From Podarcis cretensis (lineage: Eukaryota): DNA of 64,000 nucleotides. The stretch's first letter is position 1. The number at the start of each line of letters is the position of its first letter. Positions 61,701 through 64,000 of the stretch are shown here, in pieces. The stretch spans positions 73,160,001-73,224,000 of the forward strand of contig OX638153.1 of assembly GCA_951804945.1 (NCBI GenBank), given 5' to 3'. The translations under genes and the position numbers were made by a program. The notes below the pieces were generated by a model that was not told the origin of the DNA, did not search any database, and saw only the letters and a program-made list of their open reading frames with translations.

Positions 61701-63947
61701 TTCCATTGTTTTGGGAGCCAGAGGAACAATGAAAAAAAATGGAAGAAAGTTTTTGACGTGTTGAATGCAGACAATGTGTACTTATAATTTTTCTATTAGT
61801 AGTTGTTCATTTGACTGTATCACAGAGCTACAAGGCATCCTCAGGTTTTTCTTTAAATATCTGGTTCCAAAAATAATGTTTATTCTCATTCTGAGAAATT
61901 GACCCATAAATTAATGTGTATCTTGGGGTTCAGCTAAACCTATGGATTCTGCCTCCATTTGGCAGTAATCTGTTAGTTATATGACAGGTTAATCATGGGG
62001 ATGGGAAGTCCTAATGAAATGGGGCTTTGTTTGGTATCGATAACATTTGAGTTGTATTCTCCCTGTACCAGATCGGTTTTTGTTACAACATCTAATTCAT
62101 TGCGTAGTCTCTTGAGAATGTACTTTACTTTATGAGATGATGGCTGTGAACCCTAGTGTTTCTTTGTTTTGGTACAGTTTTTTTAAATAAAAAATGTCAA
62201 ACTTCTTACTAGATTGTTATTTTAACTTCATAATAATGTCTCAAAAATAAAAAGGGAAATGGGACAAATCCTCTCATCCCCAGTTTTGTACTGCAAGGCA
62301 TTTTCTTGAATCTTCTTGCAATAGACCTGACAGGCTGGTCTATTGTTCCACCTGTCAAGAAAAAGCGGGGGGCAGGGAGAATAACATTAAATAAAATGGA
62401 CTAGCTCATTTTACCTCTCTCTCTTGTTTAATTCTCCAAGGGATGTTCCGCAAGTGGGTATGACCAGGGTTATGGTTCCCAAGGTGATCCTGGATTGCCA
62501 GGAATGCCTGGATTTCAGGTAAGCCTGAAAACATTCTATTTTGAACAATAAATAGATGGTTGTTGAGGTCCCTTCCACCCTAAAAGTCTGTGTGTGACAC
62601 CCAATAGGGTCCATCCACCAGTAGAATGGACTTCTATTCTCGCAGTGGGTGTTCCCCTTCCTCTCCCTTCTACTACAGCTCCTCCCACACCCTGAAAATT
62701 TGCTCCCAAGGATTGTGGGACATTCCGGATTAAATGTGGGGGAGCCTGGGCAGCTGCAGAGGGAAGTAGAGGAAGGGGAAGTCCTGTTGCATGTGCAGAA
62801 TTCCAATCACAGCATGTTGACTATCATCCTATCATATTATGGTTCTGTGAAAAGTCTTTCAGATGTGCATAAATATATTCAGTTTAGTGGGATTGCAAAT
62901 ACACGAATCTGTAGTTTGAGATAGGGCAGTATAATAATACAAGTTATGAAGCAAGTCTCTGCCCCAGGACCAATTGTGAAGTTGATTTTTTTTCTCCTTT
63001 TATAAAGTCCCTAGAGAAGAATTCCCTGGATAGTTTATATTTTTTTCTGCAGGGAGGGGGGCATTCCTATGCTTGTCTACCCATTCCTGTTAACATATGT
63101 GTTAAATTAAGTGATTAAATGTGGAAGTTTGAAAACTGCCCAGTTTCCTCCATTAGTGGCTAAAATTAGACAGGCTTTTATGGACAGGAATGTAGCAGAC
63201 CATAGAGGTGACAGTCAAAATATTTAACAGTGGAATCCTATGCATGTTTATTCAGAAGCAGAATGGGAATAACTCAATAGGACTTATGAGTAGGAGTGGG
63301 CTGTTGGTCCTGTTTCTTCCACTTTGGTCAGTGTGACCTGCAAGGCTGACAATCTGAAGCTCCTTGGGCAGGGCTTGGGCTGCAGCCTAAGGGAGTGAGA
63401 GAAGCCTAAAAACAAACAGACAAAACCAATTAACGGAAGCATTATTTTTATTTCTTGTTGATGTAAAGGGTGATCCAGGACCTCGAGGATTACCAGGGCT
63501 GATAGGGCCAGAGGGCCCTCCAGGCTTTCCGGTAAGTAGAAAATCTGAATTTTTATGTTGATTAAAATTTGGTATTATTCAAAGGGCACATAAGACATAA
63601 GTTGCAACGTTCTGATGTTGGAGAACAGAAAATTGTGCACATTCGCTCAGTGGCATGCAAAACATTCTGGCATCACTAGGTAGCCCAAGGAACTAGCCTT
63701 GAATACATTGATATTTTTATTGTGCTTGATTATCCAAGACTCTGCAAATGACCTTTTCTGAATTTGTTCATACTTATAGTACAAGTAAGTATTATCATTT
63801 AAGCACCTCTTTACTTATTTTGTCCCTGTTTTTTTTTAAGGCAAGGTGGATGATGTTTCTTCCATAAAGCATTACAGGCAAAATGTGTAATGTGTTTATC
63901 TGTACTTTTAGGGAGCACTAGGAAGACCAGGACTTCCAGGGCCAAAG
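24181..63947 (+). CDS. COL4A3: Collagen type IV alpha 3 chain, exons 1-11 (signal peptide, 7S, start of collagenous domain); gene continues beyond the right edge
   Basis: Spliced translation: [68 protein letters not shown]... The CVC..K..C.CD..KG motif is characteristic of alpha3. Exon sizes 57/90/45/45/63/54/27/78/63/36 fit recalled COL4A3. All introns are phase 0 GT-AG. Confidence 0.94.
25233..25620 (+). mobile_element. L2 3' fragment
   Basis: Encodes [20 protein letters not shown]...REVFNV, matching the end of the 53.9-kb L2; further decayed L2 bits at ~6300-6456, 8650-8760, 19830-20050, 30580-30980 and 49730-50290. Confidence 0.85.
26278..26446 (-). mobile_element. hAT MITE, same family as 15584
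   Basis: 8-bp TSD CAAATACC; TIR CAGTGGCGTAGCGTGGG. Confidence 0.88.
27773..28131 (-). mobile_element. Sauria SINE (young subfamily)
   Basis: (ACCTTT)n tail; CpG-rich; near-identical to the 38632 and 50310 copies. Confidence 0.9.
29232..29487 (+). mobile_element. hAT MITE (~255 bp)
   Basis: 8-bp TSD GCATAGAC; CAGGGGTCACCAAACT...AGTTTGCCTACCCATG ends. Confidence 0.85.
32980..33060. mobile_element. Old ~80-bp palindromic dispersed repeat (CAATCCT..CATGTTTACTCAGAAGTAAG..GGATTGCAGCC)
   Basis: Related copies at ~3721, 11235, 13910, 33310, 36553, 57145 and 63232. Confidence 0.6.
33098..33233 (-). mobile_element. hAT (Charlie-like) palindromic MITE, same family as 13389
   Basis: 8-bp TSD TTCTAGGG; core is the reverse complement of the 13389 copy. 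Confidence 0.88.
34142..36287 (-). mobile_element. Full-length non-autonomous L1-dependent retroelement (HAL1-like)
   Basis: 19-bp TSD CCAACAATTTGTTAATTCC (34123-34141 / 36288-36306); CpG-rich 5' end GACTTCCGGG; ORF1-like frame; degenerate L1 ORF2 terminus; AATAAA and A-rich tail. Confidence 0.8.
37813..38087 (+). mobile_element. BovB (RTE) LINE 3' fragment
   Basis: [29 protein letters not shown]...RRRGRQR; (CAA)n tail; TSD ACAGATCT. Confidence 0.9.
38632..39013 (-). mobile_element. Sauria SINE (young subfamily)
   Basis: 14-bp TSD ACAGTCAAAATATA; internal (GCCAGA)n expansion. Confidence 0.92.
39310..39677. mobile_element. Tc1/mariner-type MITE with CCGTATT ends
   Basis: TA-TCGTATTTTTCGCTCTATAACACGCAC...GTGAGTGTTATGGTGCAAAAAATACGG-TA; internal ATAACACGCAC repeats. 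Confidence 0.72.
40600..40859 (+). mobile_element. tRNA-derived SINE (Squam3-like), apparently nested in an older hAT MITE (~40461-40919)
   Basis: A-box TGGTGTAGTGG, B-box GGTTCGATTCC, L2-like 3' end, (CTT)n tail; older relative at ~29830-30050. Confidence 0.8.
43116..43481 (-). mobile_element. Sauria SINE
   Basis: TSD GCTTATGCTT; colinear with the other copies. Confidence 0.87.
43753..44583. repeat. AT-rich foldback: ~345-bp inverted arms around a ~125-bp spacer derived from the arm subunit
   Basis: 43753-44097 is the reverse complement of ~44221-44583 with few mismatches and indels. Confidence 0.9.
45809..46250 (-). mobile_element. BovB (RTE) LINE 3' fragment
   Basis: [46 protein letters not shown]; (CAA)n tail; tiny extra piece at 57940-58016. 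Confidence 0.9.
47461..49076 (-). mobile_element. 5'-truncated young L1-clade LINE with an intact 438-aa ORF2 C-terminus
   Basis: ORF 47746..49062 with GGFALPDL and the CCHC motif CWKC-x8-H-x4-C; AATAAA plus poly(A); TSD TTCATTCATTCTT. Confidence 0.92.
50304..50670 (+). mobile_element. Sauria SINE (young subfamily)
   Basis: Head GGGACGCAGGTGGCGCTGTGG, B-box GGTTCGAATCC, tail ACCTTTACCTTTACC, 15-bp TSD CTAAATACTTATTTA. Confidence 0.92.
50861..50917 (+). CDS. COL4A3: COL4A3 exon 2 (57 bp) [19 protein letters not shown]
   Basis: T-rich CAG acceptor, AAG|GTAAGA donor; 4 Cys. Confidence 0.93.
52321..52800 (+). mobile_element. Rex1/Babar-type LINE 3' fragment
   Basis: VWYAG...LQRVVNTAQ...ILRDDSHPG...LLPSGRRYR...RVKNSFY..AVRLLN; AATAAA followed by a TTCAA-type tail. 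Confidence 0.8.
53130..53219 (+). CDS. COL4A3: COL4A3 exon 3 (90 bp) [30 protein letters not shown]
   Basis: CAG/GTATGT boundaries; Gly-X-Y. Confidence 0.94.
53307..53506 (-). mobile_element. Tc1/mariner MITE family A copy (inverted, sub-terminal deletion)
   Basis: TA-CAGTGGTACC...CCACTG-TA; reverse complement of the 5083 copy. Confidence 0.8.
53744..56060 (-). mobile_element. L2-clade LINE, internally deleted (APE endonuclease start fused to RT)
   Basis: LLCNARS...CVTETW (APE); [45 protein letters not shown] (RT); (ATT)n tail. Confidence 0.92.
56069..56887. repeat. Tandem array of 7 x ~118-bp monomers abutting the 5' end of the L2
   Basis: Identical spurious ORFs recur at 56221/56339/56457/56575 (period 118). 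Confidence 0.95.
58234..58278 (+). CDS. COL4A3: COL4A3 exon 4 (45 bp) [15 protein letters not shown]
   Basis: TAG acceptor, AGG|GTTCGT donor; Gly-X-Y. Confidence 0.88.
59686..59730 (+). CDS. COL4A3: COL4A3 exon 5 (45 bp) [15 protein letters not shown]
   Basis: CAG/GTAAGT boundaries. Confidence 0.92.
59965..60027 (+). CDS. COL4A3: COL4A3 exon 6 (63 bp) [21 protein letters not shown]
   Basis: TAG/GTAAGA boundaries; 7S GCNGTK motif. Confidence 0.93.
60232..60285 (+). CDS. COL4A3: COL4A3 exon 7 (54 bp) [18 protein letters not shown]
   Basis: CAG/GTAAGT boundaries. Confidence 0.92.
61018..61044 (+). CDS. COL4A3: COL4A3 exon 8 (27 bp) GPKGIKGEK
   Basis: Long pyrimidine tract with TAG acceptor; GTAAGT donor. 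Confidence 0.9.
62441..62518 (+). CDS. COL4A3: COL4A3 exon 9 (78 bp) [26 protein letters not shown]
   Basis: AAG acceptor, CAG|GTAAGC donor; first interruption followed by Gly-X-Y. Confidence 0.9.
63469..63531 (+). CDS. COL4A3: COL4A3 exon 10 (63 bp) [21 protein letters not shown]
   Basis: AAG/GTAAGT boundaries. Confidence 0.92.
63912..63947 (+). CDS. COL4A3: COL4A3 exon 11 (36 bp) [12 protein letters not shown]
   Basis: TAG/GTATTT boundaries. Confidence 0.88.
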
Positions 63948-64000
63948 GTATTTTCAGAATTGCAATATCAACACTGTTGAATTGCCCCTACTACCATTTT

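Noticed and set aside
897-63947. Assignment as COL4A5/COL4A6 or COL4A1/COL4A2
   Set aside because: The 57-bp exon 2 with CVC..K..C.CD, the GEKGF start of exon 3, and the alpha4-type [16 protein letters not shown] and GEKGNSV motifs fit the COL4A3/COL4A4 pair better.

Overview
Vertebrate genomic DNA from a squamate reptile, most likely a lacertid lizard (inferred from Sauria/Squam SINEs, BovB and lizard-type L2/L1 repeats). The window holds the 5' ends of the head-to-head basement-membrane collagen pair COL4A4 (minus strand; coding exons 2-8 reconstructed at 897-21835) and COL4A3 (plus strand; exons 1-11 reconstructed at 24181-63947). They share a CpG-island bidirectional promoter at ~23.2-24.35 kb. 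All reconstructed exons have GT-AG boundaries and join in frame. The introns are dense with mobile elements: six Sauria SINEs, other tRNA-derived SINEs, several hAT and Tc1/mariner MITE families with visible TSDs, BovB, Rex1/Babar, L2 and L1 pieces. Three structures stand out. (1) A complete 2.15-kb non-autonomous 'half-L1'-like retroelement with a 19-bp TSD, a divergent ORF1-like frame and an L1-derived 3' end, whose likely autonomous partner sits 11 kb away. (2) An ~830-bp AT-rich foldback palindrome built from a 133-bp subunit. (3) An internally deleted L2 next to seven 118-bp monomers carrying GC boxes and splice donors. Comparisons with human collagen IV exons and TE family names are from memory and were not checked by search.
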